A stretch of 63,095 nucleotides of DNA, filler included. It is 7 parts of 7 records of this genome, joined end to end, with 100 filler letters (N's around TTAATTAATTAA, not from the genome) between each part and the next. Parts side by side here need not be neighbours in the genome. Positions count along the whole stretch, not along the records: positions 58,807 to 63,095 come from SRR20825010_2509; 6 more parts are not named here. One strand, given 5' to 3'. Below the pieces are notes generated by a model. That model did no database searches and was not told the DNA's origin. It worked only from the letters and a program-made list of their open reading frames with translations. Position 1 is the first letter of the stretch. Each line of letters begins with the position of its first letter. The position numbers and the translations under genes are program-made. Shown in pieces: positions 61,899 through 63,095 of this stretch.

Positions 61899-63095
61899 TC
61901 AGAAGCGATCCAAATCATTCAACCAGGCTATTGCCTCGCTCGATGTTAGCGATTTGCAGATTTGCACCTGATGTATGAAATCATTGAGATGAAGCGACCC
62001 GTCTATAGCAGCACCAATTCTGAGAGTATCTGCAACAGGAATATCACCGTCGAGATTGACCTCTTCCATACCCAAATTTGTTACGAATAGTCCAATTCCA
62101 TGAACCCCGAAATTTGCAACCACACGAATAGCAGAAGACACAGCCAAAGCATCTGATAGGACAACTTCCCGTATCGTGTCCCCTCCGATTACTGACGTGG
62201 CAATAAAGTCACCTGATGCCGCGATCCCGACACTACAGACATTTCCATTGTCACTACCTATTGAGACAATCTCGCGTTCTGCTGCAGGAACTATCACCCC
62301 TAAGTCTAGCTCTAAAAGAACCGAGAAGCCTTTGGCAAGACCCGCATCAACCCATCCGTTAAAGGGTTGCTCACCATCTTGAAGCGCCAGAACACGATCC
62401 GCAGCACGCAATGTGTTTGTCAGCACACCTTCAGCCGGCAGGATCGGATAATCAGGCATGTAGCCCGCGAAGACCCGTCGGAGGCTGACATTATCCCAGT
62501 CAAATACTCCGCTCCCTGATTGAGATCCGCCTGCGCCGAAATAAAAATTTGTACTCGAAGAACTTGCCTGCACGTATCCAGACAAAGACACTTCACCCGT
62601 TGATGAACTACCGAAAATGGAACCTACCACAACATTAGCCAAGGACCCTGAAAATAGGCGAGGAATAACGGTTCCAGAATTTTCGACAACGTTACAGTTG
62701 GCCTGCGCCTTATAGACACTACCACTCGCCGTCACGACAGACTGACAGGCGTTTGGGTTGACGCTCGACGCAAACATGCGACCGACACCCGAGCTCGCAA
62801 CCAAAGTTGCGTTCTCCGTCGTCCAACCACCAGCATCGGAAAAGAAGGATCCGTTGGTAACAAGCTCCGGTCCTTCGACAGTGCTAATTTTACACATTTT
62901 GGGTGCGGCAAGACGCAAAACAAAATCGTAGATCGCGCCATTGGTCAGTCCGAAAACAACAGCAGGTCGCACCGCATAAGTCGAAGCATGTGCAAGCACC
63001 CGTTTCAATTCATGCCGCTTGGACTGATCATCTATTGTCACTGATGCGGGAAAATTGTTCAGCAATATGCCGCCGCTATTATAGCACTGCAGATC
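61899..63095 (-). CDS. Phage/GTA head-spike or fibre-like protein with CBM-like insert (5'-truncated)
   Basis: Frame open to the window end; ELVTNGSF..D..GW; PILP...T.RAAD; C-terminal LamG-like LRIG...LN..I. Confidence 0.6.
   Translation of the reverse strand, partial: DLQCYNSGGILLNNFPASVTIDDQSKRHELKRVLAHASTYAVRPAVVFGLTNGAIYDFVLRLAAPKMCKISTVEGPELVTNGSFFSDAGGWTTENATLVASSGVGRMFASSVNPNACQSVVTASGSVYKAQANCNVVENSGTVIPRLFSGSLANVVVGSIFGSSSTGEVSLSGYVQASSSSTNFYFGAGGSQSGSGVFDWDNVSLRRVFAGYMPDYPILPAEGVLTNTLRAADRVLALQDGEQPFNGWVDAGLAKGFSVLLELDLGVIVPAAEREIVSIGSDNGNVCSVGIAASGDFIATSVIGGDTIREVVLSDALAVSSAIRVVANFGVHGIGLFVTNLGMEEVNLDGDIPVADTLRIGAAIDGSLHLNDFIHQVQICKSLTSSEAIAWLNDLDRF

Overview
This window is not one locus. 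It is seven contigs joined by six artificial 100-nt spacers (N44-TTAATTAATTAA-N44), and the contigs appear to come from several organisms. Taxonomic labels below are inferred from gene content and protein style. (1) 1-7025, Rhizobiales-like: class-IV aminotransferase, a GNAT preceded by a candidate leaderless aromatic-rich leader peptide and attenuator, a cytochrome c pair, TPP-riboswitch-controlled thiMED, two orphans and the end of mmsA. (2) 7126-19110, alphaproteobacterial RcGTA-like head-tail cluster. It unusually carries a holin-like gene plus overlapped i/o-spanin-like genes inside the tail module, an extra gene after the capsid gene, and internal terminators. (3) 19211-27309, Rhodopirellula-like: pgl, panB, a sulfatase, a degenerate GalU-like protein and a 1122-aa GHMP-kinase/UDP-sugar-pyrophosphorylase fusion. 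(4) 27410-30779, alphaproteobacterial S10 ribosomal operon fragment. (5) 30880-39661, alphaproteobacterial: rpsD, a four-gene orphan cluster with a Cys-repeat protein, GNAT, MCP, TorF-like porin and TPP riboswitch-thiC. (6) 39762-58706, Rhodopirellula-like: MoxR/DUF58, DUF1592/DUF1552, cNMP-TrxR-like, PolX-PHP, histidine kinase, MOSC, an IlvD/Edd dehydratase, vWA and two sulfatases. (7) 58807-63095, alphaproteobacterial: 3-hydroxyacyl-CoA dehydrogenase, PAS histidine kinase and a head-spike-fibre-like partial gene. The best leads are the GTA-embedded lysis cassette, the YFW leader/anti-SD switch, and the kinase-pyrophosphorylase plus pseudo-GalU pair. All family assignments come from motif recognition; no database search was run.
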